Positions 48,212 through 57,760 of a stretch of DNA of 61,945 nucleotides are shown here, piece by piece. Origin of the DNA: a virus (lineage: Duplodnaviria > Caudoviricetes); IMG/VR virus record IMGVR_UViG_3300046005_001016, positions 1 to 61,945 of that record. One strand, written 5' to 3'. Within the stretch, counting starts at the first letter, position 1. Each line of letters starts with the position of its first letter. A program made the position numbers and the translations under genes. The notes beneath the pieces were generated by a model. That model was not told where the DNA came from, did not search any database, and saw nothing but the letters and a program-made list of their open reading frames with translations.

Positions 48212-49114
48212 TCATCCACCCCAAGCGTAGTCAAGTGATGCGAAGAACGTGCCGCCTGATGTTGTCGCTGCGGTGTTGTACACCAACGCTGTCAGGTTTG
48301 CACCGTTGCGTAATTGCGGCAAGCTGGGCAGAGTGTTGACGTAATCGAACACGTTGTATAGACCCGTCTGCGGGATAGGGATGGGCTGGCCCAAGGGCTT
48401 GCACAGCAGCACAGCAACAGAGCCAGAGGCATGGGCAGTGCCGCCCCATGTCAAGTTCACCAAGTCACTCACGCCGGTATCACCCGCAGCGAGAGGCAGG
48501 AACGGGCCGTACTTGTTCGCAGCGTTGCCACTGTTCAAGAGGGTTCCACTGGCGGCAGATGCCGTGGAGACACAACCCGCTAGAGTCGCCTTGGCTGCAC
48601 CGGCAGTGTTCAAGTAGTTAACCTGCATGGTGGGAGCATTCGCACCCATTGCGCCAATTGCAGCCACCGCGATACGCAAGCCATTCCCGGTAGGGTAGCG
48701 GTCATACGTTGATGCGCTAGAGCCAATGGCGGTCATGGTGATTACCTTCGCACCCACTGCACTGACGTTGGTGGTGGTCATCTTGGCGTACCCGTGCAGG
48801 TCGATCAGTTGCACGAACCACGGAGCGCCAGCGGCCGCAATGATGGATGCGCCCATTGAGGTGAGGTGCTTGGTAGCTGGCAGTGTCTGGTCTGCGATTG
48901 GGATTGCGCCCTCACTCCACGCGTTTGTGGTTTCCACATACGTCAGTTCAGCACCAACAAATGTAGCAGCGGGAATGTTGCCCGCGCTTGTCAGCAAGTG
49001 TTGCCAGTGACCAGCAGTACCAGCAGCTACCAGCGTCTTTTGCAAGATTTGACTGTCGGCTTTGCCGTTGGTAGTCATCTGCAAAACCATGTCATCCATA
49101 CTAGTCCAACCCAT
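48212..49114 (-). CDS. Virion structural protein (300 aa), paralogue of 49749..50651
   Basis: Shared FLPLAAGDTGV / FMQLMAGDSGV motif. Confidence 0.6.
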   Translation of the reverse strand: MGWTSMDDMVLQMTTNGKADSQILQKTLVAAGTAGHWQHLLTSAGNIPAATFVGAELTYVETTNAWSEGAIPIADQTLPATKHLTSMGASIIAAAGAPWFVQLIDLHGYAKMTTTNVSAVGAKVITMTAIGSSASTYDRYPTGNGLRIAVAAIGAMGANAPTMQVNYLNTAGAAKATLAGCVSTASAASGTLLNSGNAANKYGPFLPLAAGDTGVSDLVNLTWGGTAHASGSVAVLLCKPLGQPIPIPQTGLYNVFDYVNTLPSLPQLRNGANLTALVYNTAATTSGGTFFASLDYAWGG

Positions 49115-49177
49115 GTTAGAATACTCCTATTAAACAAGTGTTATTGCGAAAGGCTCCAGATGAAAAAAGAAGGAACC

Positions 49178-49738
49178 ATGAGTGTTTGCGCGGAGTGCGG
49201 AGGCGATTACTACGCACCCCCATCACACCGCAAGAATCGGTCTTTTTGCTCAAAAGAATGCAGGGCAAAAGGGCAGTCAAAATGGCAGGTGCGCGATGTT
49301 GCTGAACGCTTCTGGGAGAAGGTTGACAAATCTGGCGATTGCTGGCTTTGGACTGCTGGCTGCTTGACTGCTGGCGGGTACGGATCATTCCGAATGAACG
49401 GGAAAGCAGAGAGAGCGCACCGTGTTGCATATACGCTAACAGTTGGGCCGATTCCAGATGGGATGTTGTTACGCCATACATGCGACAACCCCAAATGCGT
49501 GAATCCCGCTCACCTTCTTACCGGTACGCAGCGGCAAAACCGACAAGATGCTGTTGATCGCAACCGCCTTGTAGTTGGCGACAGCCATCACAACACCAAA
49601 ATTCCCGACCAAGCGATTGCCACCATCAGGGCCGCACTCGCTGCTGGCGTTCAGGGGAAATACCTTGCCAAACAGTTCGGCGTTGATCCATCCATGATTA
49701 GCCAAATCAAACTCATGAAGGCTAGGCGATATGCGTAG
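49178..49738 (+). CDS. HNH homing endonuclease, antisense to the late operon
   Basis: C..C...FCS..C; RFWEKVDK..DCWLW; RAHRVAY; RHTCDNP.CVNP.HL..GT...N..D. Confidence 0.9.
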   Translation: MSVCAECGGDYYAPPSHRKNRSFCSKECRAKGQSKWQVRDVAERFWEKVDKSGDCWLWTAGCLTAGGYGSFRMNGKAERAHRVAYTLTVGPIPDGMLLRHTCDNPKCVNPAHLLTGTQRQNRQDAVDRNRLVVGDSHHNTKIPDQAIATIRAALAAGVQGKYLAKQFGVDPSMISQIKLMKARRYA

Positions 49739-49748
49739 TAATTTCATA

Positions 49749-50651
49749 TCAGCTCCAGATTGTTTGTAAAGTCCCGACCAGCGTAGAGCTTGCGAGAGAA
49801 CCAGCATTGCCTAAAGCCACAGAGCCAAGGACTGCCCCGTTCTTGATCTCAACTGGCTGACGCATCAGCACGGTTTCGACGTATGTGGCAGCGCCAAAGC
49901 TGTCCAGCGAGCCCGTTGTTGTCCTGCGGCTCTCTTGTGTCGTGGTGAAGTGGAACAGCGGCCGCACAATGACCAAGGCCAGTAGCCCACCACCCGCAGC
50001 GGAGAACGTGACGCTCTCGATGCTACGAACGCCAGAGTCCCCCGCCATCAATTGCATGAATGGCTGTGAACCTGCAACGCTGTTAGATGTGCTTGAAACT
50101 AGGGTTCCACCACCAGCAACGATCTTTGTGAACGTGGCTTGTGATACCCGCCCACCGATGCCATTCTGGTTCGTGTAGGTCATTGTGAACGTACCAACAG
50201 CGGATGACGCAGACTGCGATACCGCCATCACTTGCCCACTGGCGTACCGTGACAGTGTGGTTGTCTGCACCATTTCCTGTAGCTCACCAACCGCATCTGT
50301 GTCGATAAAGGGGTAGTACAACAGGTAGTCGCACAGCATCTGCCGCTGATTCTGGTTTGACGTACTGGTTGCACCGTTCGCCAGAGACATCGCCGTGATT
50401 GACTTGAGGAACTGCTTGTTTGTCCCTGTCATCGTCGGTACACAGATGCCACGGATGCTCTCTACATACGCAGCTTCCAGAGGCGCAGATGCGTAGAAGT
50501 TAGCGGGGGGATTGCCAGCGAAGTAGGTGTAATCCACAAAGTCGTTCGCCGCCGTAGCAGCACTGGCAACCGTCTTACGGAAAGTGGTGACGTGTGTTTT
50601 CCCCGCGTCAATAGCGTTGGCCCATGCCGCTACGTTGTTGAAGCCTGCCAC
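49749..50651 (-). CDS. Virion structural protein (300 aa)
   Basis: LCDYLLYYPFID, YTNQ.G..GR, GDSGVRSIES. Confidence 0.6.
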   Translation of the reverse strand: MAGFNNVAAWANAIDAGKTHVTTFRKTVASAATAANDFVDYTYFAGNPPANFYASAPLEAAYVESIRGICVPTMTGTNKQFLKSITAMSLANGATSTSNQNQRQMLCDYLLYYPFIDTDAVGELQEMVQTTTLSRYASGQVMAVSQSASSAVGTFTMTYTNQNGIGGRVSQATFTKIVAGGGTLVSSTSNSVAGSQPFMQLMAGDSGVRSIESVTFSAAGGGLLALVIVRPLFHFTTTQESRRTTTGSLDSFGAATYVETVLMRQPVEIKNGAVLGSVALGNAGSLASSTLVGTLQTIWS

Positions 50652-50654
50652 AAC

Positions 50655-51059
50655 CTAATCCGCGGATATGCTCAAAGCTGCCGGGGAAAATTGAGGCTGA
50701 ATTCCGGGGCTAACGTTCAGCGTGGAACTCAGCGCACCGGAAACCATCATGGCGACAGCACCGGAAGCGGTATCCACCACAGCGAAGTGGGTGATGGCGT
50801 TGGTGCCGACTGTGCATTGTCCGAACTGGATCAGCGCGGCATTGGTGAACGGATTGCCACCGCCTGTCCACGCCGTTGCTTTGGTCAGTGCGATACGGGC
50901 ATAGCCGGTGTAGGTAGCCTCTGCCGCCAGTGATGCAGTCTCGCCGGGATCGCCTGTGAACAGCGCAAGGTATTGGGTCGCGCCAGCACGGTAGCTGGGG
51001 TCTGTGCCCTGCAAAAACATAGCGAGGGCTGCGATTTCGGTGGTGTTGGATAGTGACAT
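50655..51059 (-). CDS. Virion/tail-fibre-like small protein
   Basis: YLALFT.DPGE....EATYTGYAR....ITHF motif. Confidence 0.6.
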   Translation of the reverse strand: MSLSNTTEIAALAMFLQGTDPSYRAGATQYLALFTGDPGETASLAAEATYTGYARIALTKATAWTGGGNPFTNAALIQFGQCTVGTNAITHFAVVDTASGAVAMMVSGALSSTLNVSPGIQPQFSPAALSISAD

Positions 51060-51062
51060 TTG

Positions 51063-51437
51063 TTACTCCTTGGCCGTAGCCGTGATGGTTTTAAGGTAGC
51101 CGTTGGCGTCCCTAGAGACGGTGAACTCCCACGCGCGTATGGGCGCTGTGGGCTGTGGCATGCGCGCCAGGGCCTGCGCGATCAACTCGCCGACATGCTG
51201 CTGCGCGTCTGCCACTGGCTGCATGTCCACGGTGATGTTGTTAACAGGTGCGGCAGTCTCAACCGGCGCAGCCCTGGTGGGCTCCGCTGCTGGCTCTTCA
51301 CGCACCGAGGGTTTAGGCATCGCGACAACGCGGCCCTGCTCACCGCCCGCGTTGAACTGACGCCCGCCCACGGACACCGTCGCGCCCTGACTAAGGGCGG
51401 ACTGCTTCAGATCGGACAGGGACTTTACGGTCTTCAT
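51063..51437 (-). CDS. Hypothetical protein
   Basis: Clean ORF; WEFTVSRD.NG C-terminus. Confidence 0.55.
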   Translation of the reverse strand: MKTVKSLSDLKQSALSQGATVSVGGRQFNAGGEQGRVVAMPKPSVREEPAAEPTRAAPVETAAPVNNITVDMQPVADAQQHVGELIAQALARMPQPTAPIRAWEFTVSRDANGYLKTITATAKE

Positions 51438-54400
51438 TTAATACAACTGAGTAGTCGGTCTAACGTATCCATGCGTTTGTCGGCGTCGGTGAGGGCGGTC
51501 GCTGCGTCAACGGTGACGGTAGCGGTCTCACCTGTATCCTCGATTTTAACAGGATAGTTAATCTTTCTAGTTGCTAAATGATCGTACTTACCAGCGCGCT
51601 CGGTGCTGGCTTTGCCCACAGTGCTCGACTCGAGTCCCCCTTTGGGACTCGAACCAGGTCCGCGATTCGCAACAGCGTACGCGGCCAGCTCCTTCTGCAT
51701 GACGTCACGGATCTCGTTCAGGTTGGACACCATCTTGTCCGCGGCAAACCCGGTCTGTCCAGACAACGCCTTGATGGCCAGGTTGACCGTGCGCATCAGT
51801 GCGGCGCCCAGCTTCTGGATCACCCCGCGCCCGATCTCGTCTCCGTGCGTTTTGGCAATCTCCTGGAACACACCCTTCCAAAACGTGGGCTCCATAAACC
51901 GGTTGCCCAACAAGTCGGACAGCAGCTCCTCCGTGTCGGAGCCCTTACCGTAGTCCGCCGCGTGCTCCGCCGTGCCCGTGTCCGTGACTTTCATCACCGC
52001 CAGGATGGCGTCGTACGCCTTGGGGCTCTCTGCCTTGAGCGTGTGCATCAGCTCATGGCCGAACACCGCCAGGTGCGCTTGCTGCGACTTCACGTTCAGG
52101 TAGATGGTCTTGTTGTCGCCACCAAACACCGCGCCCGTGTGGGTCACACCTGCGGCCTTGCCATCGAACAACACCACCGTCTTGCCAAAGATCCGTGCAA
52201 TCTGCTGGATCATCCGGTGCTGCCCAACACCCATCATCCCAGGGCCTGCAATCTTAGGCAGCGCCGCAGCGGTGATCTCATGCTGCTTGAGCAGCTCGGG
52301 GGTCGCAGCCTGGCTGGCCGGTGCGGGCTCTGTCGGGGTGGCGCGCTGCGTAGACTCATCCCGGTCGGTGGAGAACTTGGCCTTGGGGTCTACGGTCGTG
52401 GCCTTGCCCATCGCCATCCCCTGCGCGGCCTTGTACTCCGCCTTGGTGAACGACGCCTTGGCGTCCGCGATAGTCTTCGTGTGCACCACCGTGCGCTCGG
52501 ACGGCCGCACGCCCAGCGCGCTCGCGACTGCGTTGAGTGACGGGCGCACCCGGCCCGTGCCCGCGGGGGCGCTGGTCGGCACCGCACTGGCTGGCACCCG
52601 CAGATTGTCTGGGCCACCACGGGCGTCCAGGGCCTGCGCGGACGCGGCCTGCTCGCTGTAATTCTCTTTGGTCACGACCCCCTGGCGGTCCACACGCAGC
52701 GCGCCACTGGGCACCTCTTGCGTCTGGCCGGGTGCTGGTAGAGAGAGCGTAGGCGCAGCGGTCACCACCGGCGTGGGGGTTACCGGCGCTGTGGGCTTCA
52801 CCATCGCAGCACTCTGCGCCGAGCTGTACTCTGTCTTGGTGTACACCGCCTTGGCCGCCGCGATCACGGTGGTCTGCTCTGGGGTGCGCTGCTTGATCGG
52901 GGTGCGCAGTGCGGTGATCACGTCCGTTGGCACCGGGCGTGGCGTGTCCCGCACCACCGCGGACGCAGGGACCCGCACCACGTCAGGACCGCCTGCGGCG
53001 TCCTGCTGCGCTATTGTTTGTTGACGCTCAGACACGAACTCCGGGTGTACCGACCCGTCAGGCGCGACACGTAGAGTCCCTGTCTGGGTGTCAACGGGTG
53101 CCTGTGGTGCTGGCAGCGCGAGCTGCTCGGCGGGTGCTGAGAGCGCGAGCTGCTCCGCAGGCGCAGGTAGCGCGGGCAGGATCTCTTGCGCGTTGTCCAG
53201 CCGGGTTAGGTTGGACTCGTCCGTGAGCTGCGCCATCGGCGCCTCTGGAACTACCAATGAATTAGCCGGACTAACCTCTGAAGTCAAGCCCTGCCATGTG
53301 TCCACTGCTGCAGCCAGCTCCGGGATCGCGCCGTCCAGGCGGACAGCTGCGGCTCCCTGCTCGGCAACGGCTGCAGCCTGTGCTGCGATCGCCTCGTCGA
53401 GCGTGCGTGCCTGTGTGACCGTTTCTACAGCCGCCTTCGCGCGCTGTACGGACGACTCCATGGGGTCTGTCTGGGAGATGCCGAGCGCCCTGTTGGTGAC
53501 GTTGCCACCGAGAGACATTGCGACACCTTGACCCATTCCCAAAATACCCTCCTGGATGGCGTCAACCGGGTCGAACGGGTCTCCGGTGGCGATGCGCCCC
53601 AGTCCCTCCGACGCGCCCTCACCAAACATCTCCCCCGCACCTGTCGTGGTGTGGCGCATCACCTTGGCCTGCAGTGTGCTGGCCGCCTCCTTGCGCGCCT
53701 CGAGCGCGGCCACCCGCAGCGCCGCGGCCTCGGGTGTGATGGTCTTCGCAGCCACCTGCTCCGCGATGGCGCGGCCCTCTTTGGCCAGGCCGCGCTCGAT
53801 CGCGCCACTGGCGCCGAACGTCAACCGGGTCAGGACTGCGTCCACGCCAGCGGTCGTGATGCCCTTGGCCAGAGCCTTGTCTTGGAACTCCTGGCGGAAC
53901 TCTTTGATGATTGGCGTCAACGCGCCGGGGGTGTTCGGATTCACACCCATCTCTTTGGCCTTGTTCAGCACGCGCTGCTCGAACTCCGCGCCGAACTCGG
54001 TTGGCACACCACCGGCGAAGCCGCCTGTGACACCGCCAACTGCACCACCTACAACCGTGCCAACAGGGCCCGCGACCGCAGTACCCGCGGCTGCGCCCCC
54101 TGACGCGCCCATCGCACCTGAGATAACCCCCGGGATAGAGTTGGGGATGTTCTCCGCCAGCATTCGCGCGGTCTCACCCGGGTGGGTCAGGAAGTCCCAA
54201 CCCATGCGCGCGGCGAGCGTGCCAAACGCACCGATGGCGTCTATGCCACTGGAGTCCTGGTACGCCTTCATGGCAGGCTGGCGGTTCGTGGCCATCTCCA
54301 TCGCGTCTGGTGTCTGTGGCAGCGCGCTGCGCGACCCCGCGGCGATGGTGTTGCCCAGGTCCTCGTCCGAGCTCTGTCCAGCCACCATCCCTGCCAGCTT

Positions 54401-54544
54401 GAGGCCCCGCACCATGGAGGACCAACCAGCGCCCCCTCGGGCAGACAGGGATTCGCCACGTCGGTCAGGGTTGAGGATGTCGTCAAACATCCCACCGGAG
54501 CCTGTTGCGGTTGGGGTCAAAACGTCGTCAAATAATCCGGACAT
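51434..54544 (-). CDS. Large internal virion/ejection protein with zincin-like HExxH domain
   Basis: GLFDD N-terminal repeats, glycine-zipper segment, EG..E motifs, IYLN...VFGHELMH...EE. Confidence 0.75.
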   Translation of the reverse strand: MSGLFDDVLTPTATGSGGMFDDILNPDRRGESLSARGGAGWSSMVRGLKLAGMVAGQSSDEDLGNTIAAGSRSALPQTPDAMEMATNRQPAMKAYQDSSGIDAIGAFGTLAARMGWDFLTHPGETARMLAENIPNSIPGVISGAMGASGGAAAGTAVAGPVGTVVGGAVGGVTGGFAGGVPTEFGAEFEQRVLNKAKEMGVNPNTPGALTPIIKEFRQEFQDKALAKGITTAGVDAVLTRLTFGASGAIERGLAKEGRAIAEQVAAKTITPEAAALRVAALEARKEAASTLQAKVMRHTTTGAGEMFGEGASEGLGRIATGDPFDPVDAIQEGILGMGQGVAMSLGGNVTNRALGISQTDPMESSVQRAKAAVETVTQARTLDEAIAAQAAAVAEQGAAAVRLDGAIPELAAAVDTWQGLTSEVSPANSLVVPEAPMAQLTDESNLTRLDNAQEILPALPAPAEQLALSAPAEQLALPAPQAPVDTQTGTLRVAPDGSVHPEFVSERQQTIAQQDAAGGPDVVRVPASAVVRDTPRPVPTDVITALRTPIKQRTPEQTTVIAAAKAVYTKTEYSSAQSAAMVKPTAPVTPTPVVTAAPTLSLPAPGQTQEVPSGALRVDRQGVVTKENYSEQAASAQALDARGGPDNLRVPASAVPTSAPAGTGRVRPSLNAVASALGVRPSERTVVHTKTIADAKASFTKAEYKAAQGMAMGKATTVDPKAKFSTDRDESTQRATPTEPAPASQAATPELLKQHEITAAALPKIAGPGMMGVGQHRMIQQIARIFGKTVVLFDGKAAGVTHTGAVFGGDNKTIYLNVKSQQAHLAVFGHELMHTLKAESPKAYDAILAVMKVTDTGTAEHAADYGKGSDTEELLSDLLGNRFMEPTFWKGVFQEIAKTHGDEIGRGVIQKLGAALMRTVNLAIKALSGQTGFAADKMVSNLNEIRDVMQKELAAYAVANRGPGSSPKGGLESSTVGKASTERAGKYDHLATRKINYPVKIEDTGETATVTVDAATALTDADKRMDTLDRLLSCIK

Positions 54545-54566
54545 AGTTTTTACTTACTCAGTTTGT

Positions 54567-55748
54567 TTATTTTTGATAACCACCAAGCACACTCGCGGGG
54601 CGCGACCCTTTTTGGAGTGCCTCCGCCTCACGTCGGAATTCCAACGCGCGTAGCGGGTCAACGCCGGGGCGTTCAGACCTGGCTAGAAGATCCTCGATCT
54701 TCTGTTTTGTGGCGTCAGCCCCTCCGGACGCCGGCTTAGCACTCGATGTCGAGGACCCTTGCGGTTTTTTAGAATCTTCTGGTGTGGCCAGTGGCTTATG
54801 CCCCGCTGCGACCAGTCGCTTGTTGGCGTCAACCAAAGATATCCGCCCCGTGGCCACCGCTGCGGTCGCGTCCGCGGTGGCGTCCGATTGTTGTGGGCGC
54901 TCCGCCTGGCCGACTTTCATGTCTACGCCTGACAGCGAAAGCAACTGGTTCTTAGCGCCCACCCGGTCGCGCGCCAAAATCTCGCGCTGGCGCCCGTACT
55001 CCTTCATCTGCTCCGGGGTCGCCATCCCGCTGGCCAGAGCCAAGTCAATGCGCGACTCCTCACCGGCGATGTCTTTCAGCACAGACGTGAGTGACTGGCG
55101 TGTGCTATTCAACTCGGCCCTCTCCATCTGGGTGCTCTGGTTCTTCTCCATACGACCCAGGCGAGCCTCGGCTACGGCCGCTATGCGGTCTTGGTAGTTA
55201 GCCCGGTTTTGGTCAAACTTCTCCTTGATGTTAAAACGGCGGGTGCCCTCGTCCTCTAATCTATTTTCCCTATCCCGGCGAAGCTCCACGTCCTGCTGCC
55301 CACGCAACTCCTTCACATGGTCATTCAACCCAAGCTTCTGGGCTGTGGCGATCTGGTCATCCATCACGCCCGCGCGATTACGCTCAACGATGCCGTTGGC
55401 CTTCAGCGCCTCTGGGCTCGCCATGATGGTCTTGGCCTGTTCCTCTGTGAGCGGTGTGCCCGACTTGCCCCCAATGTCGTCCGCGACTCGCTGCTGGTAC
55501 GCACGGTCAGCCCCGTCAGAGATGGCCTGGCCGTCCGCCTGCGACTGCGTGCGTTTGAGCGCGTTTGTGGTGGCCGCCCTGGCCGCTTGCAACTCGTCGT
55601 TGTAAACCGCCAGTGACTTGGAGTTCGACAGGGAATTCGCGCTGCGATTATTCTCCTGCTCAATCGCGTCATCTTGCTTGATCTGGCGACCGATGATGCC
55701 CTCGCCGGCTATAGCGGCGTTGCCCAAAAGGCTCTCAAAGAAACTCAT
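54567..55748 (-). CDS. Internal virion/ejection protein (coiled coil)
   Basis: Helical, charged; located in the ejection gene cluster. Confidence 0.6.
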   Translation of the reverse strand: MSFFESLLGNAAIAGEGIIGRQIKQDDAIEQENNRSANSLSNSKSLAVYNDELQAARAATTNALKRTQSQADGQAISDGADRAYQQRVADDIGGKSGTPLTEEQAKTIMASPEALKANGIVERNRAGVMDDQIATAQKLGLNDHVKELRGQQDVELRRDRENRLEDEGTRRFNIKEKFDQNRANYQDRIAAVAEARLGRMEKNQSTQMERAELNSTRQSLTSVLKDIAGEESRIDLALASGMATPEQMKEYGRQREILARDRVGAKNQLLSLSGVDMKVGQAERPQQSDATADATAAVATGRISLVDANKRLVAAGHKPLATPEDSKKPQGSSTSSAKPASGGADATKQKIEDLLARSERPGVDPLRALEFRREAEALQKGSRPASVLGGYQK

Positions 55749-56140
55749 GCTGGCGCTCCTTGCATTTGGCTACCGATAATGCCTTGTGGCGGTGATTGTG
55801 CTGGTGCAGCTTGCTGTTGTCCATGACTTTGCTGCACCGTCTTCATGATGGTTTCGATAACGCCTTTGATGATCTCGGGGCTTGGCTTGTGCTGGGTCAC
55901 TTCCTGCGCTACGTCCACCATAATCATGTAGATGTTCACCCCAAGGTACGGGGCAATCTCAGGCGGAATGGGGCGTTGCTTTTCAATCACGGCCATCACC
56001 GTCTGCACCGCAGCCAACGCGCCCTGCGTAGACCCCAGCATCTGCATAAACTGCTTCATGCGCTCTGGGTCATAGATGATTTTCTTGGCAACCATGCTGA
56101 ACTTGGTCAGCACCTCTTTGGATTGTGGGTCGAGTGCCAT
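55745..56140 (-). CDS. Hypothetical virion-associated protein
   Basis: 131 aa with Q/P-rich tail. Confidence 0.55.
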   Translation of the reverse strand: MALDPQSKEVLTKFSMVAKKIIYDPERMKQFMQMLGSTQGALAAVQTVMAVIEKQRPIPPEIAPYLGVNIYMIMVDVAQEVTQHKPSPEIIKGVIETIMKTVQQSHGQQQAAPAQSPPQGIIGSQMQGAPA

Positions 56141-56142
56141 AG

Positions 56143-56745
56143 TTAAATCCTTTGAGTTCCGTCTGCGTTGAAGACTTGCTGGCCGTTGGTGCGCGTCAAT
56201 GCACTTTGAATAATTCCGGGGCGGGCCTTGCGCATACCTGTGATTGACTTGTTGAACGTGTCTTGGTCTTGCAACTGCTGCTCACGCTTGAGTGCAGCGG
56301 CTTTCTTGACTTGCTCGTCCTTGAAGGCTCCACCCACTGCGCCAAGCCCCAGCTCCAACAGCTTCATGTTGTTCTTCTTGTCGCCACCCGTGATGGATTT
56401 GAAGATGTCAGATACCCAGTTGGATGCGGTCTGCGCGGTGCTAACCTCACCTTTGGGGGTTTTGTAATTGTTGCCTTCATGGCTGTAGTCCGCCCCTCCA
56501 CCGGTTATAGCTTCTGAGGCGTACTGGATGGCGGTAGCAAAATCTCCGTACCCTGCGTCGGAATACAAAGCCCGCTTGTCTTCCGATCCCGCGTAAGGTG
56601 CATCACCATACCCAGCATCAGAGTTCAGAACCTGCTTGTCCGTCGATCCCGCGTAAGGCGCATCCGCTGGTGGCGTACTGTACCGCCCCTCGTTGGAGTA
56701 ATCCTCATCGTCCGGGATGTAGTTTCCGTCAGCGTCTGTAGCCAT
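56143..56745 (-). CDS. Internal virion protein with 20-aa tandem repeat
   Basis: DAPYAGS.DK..L.SDAGYG twice. Confidence 0.55.
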   Translation of the reverse strand: MATDADGNYIPDDEDYSNEGRYSTPPADAPYAGSTDKQVLNSDAGYGDAPYAGSEDKRALYSDAGYGDFATAIQYASEAITGGGADYSHEGNNYKTPKGEVSTAQTASNWVSDIFKSITGGDKKNNMKLLELGLGAVGGAFKDEQVKKAAALKREQQLQDQDTFNKSITGMRKARPGIIQSALTRTNGQQVFNADGTQRI

Positions 56746-56746
56746 G

Positions 56747-57760
56747 TTAATTTCCTTTGTATTCGAGATCGGTATTGAAATGGCGCGGTGAGAACGCGGG
56801 TGCCTTGGTCGCCGTTGGCGTTTGGTCTTTCACCGTCATCACTGGCGCTAGGTTGCCGTGGTTGCCGCTCGATGACCAGCCGCTTGATGCAAGCCCAGAC
56901 ACGTTGGTGCCATCCGGGGATGTCAGTGCATTGCCGTTGACGGTGGCGTTGGGCGTTGAAGGCTTGCCGAAAACCGCGTTGCTGACGATGCCGCCGGGGT
57001 TGATAGATGGTATGCCCGCGCCTGCCATATTTGCAAGCGAGATACCTTTGTTGACCTGACTCAAACCCGGTACAGCAGCACCCACCGCGCCGTTGATTTT
57101 GCTGGCGACGATTCCGCTGGCGTAGTCTTTTACGGTGCCGGTGATGGCGTCCGCGACTGACATGCCGCCTTCCACCTTATTAACCGTGTTGGCAATGGCT
57201 TTCATGTAGCCCATGCCGGGGACAGCGTTCATCACGGTCTGACCAACGCCGTTCATTACGCCGGTCAGCTTGTCCATGCGGGTGTCAAGCAGGTTGGGAT
57301 GTTCCGCCTCTTGATCCCGCACATCCTGCGCAGTTGTGCCCCAGCCACGCACACCAAAGTCGAAGGCTCCGTCTTTTATCTGCCCCCATAGGCTGCGGTC
57401 ATCCGCGTGGTAGTCAGAAGGCAGTCCCCGTGCTACGTTGTTTTCAGCGCGAGTTGCGGGGCCGCGCAGTGAGCCATCTTCATTCACCGATCCCACTGCA
57501 TTGGAGCCTCTTTCCATCTCCTTGCGTTGCGCTGCAGCTTCAGCAGGGGACATTGGAGAATCTTCAGCGGGTGGGCTCGGTGGCCCCATCGGGCCTTCTG
57601 GGTCTCCAGCGGACCATCCGCCAGTGCCACCGCCGGTTCTACCCCCCTCCGAGCCACCGCTGATTCCGCCAAGCCCGGTTCCGCCCGGAGAACCATCGCT
57701 GGAATTCTCGCCAAGCGCCATCCAACCCAGCGCCTTGCGTTTGAGGCTTGGGATGTTCAT
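56747..57760 (-). CDS. Internal virion protein (start uncertain)
   Basis: Gly-rich, amphipathic segments. Confidence 0.55.
   Translation of the reverse strand: MNIPSLKRKALGWMALGENSSDGSPGGTGLGGISGGSEGGRTGGGTGGWSAGDPEGPMGPPSPPAEDSPMSPAEAAAQRKEMERGSNAVGSVNEDGSLRGPATRAENNVARGLPSDYHADDRSLWGQIKDGAFDFGVRGWGTTAQDVRDQEAEHPNLLDTRMDKLTGVMNGVGQTVMNAVPGMGYMKAIANTVNKVEGGMSVADAITGTVKDYASGIVASKINGAVGAAVPGLSQVNKGISLANMAGAGIPSINPGGIVSNAVFGKPSTPNATVNGNALTSPDGTNVSGLASSGWSSSGNHGNLAPVMTVKDQTPTATKAPAFSPRHFNTDLEYKGN

Noticed and set aside
51452-53273. Extra operator-like sites (51452, 53263; also about 13626)
   Set aside because: Two or more core mismatches; cannot be separated from chance without a PWM scan, so left out of the count
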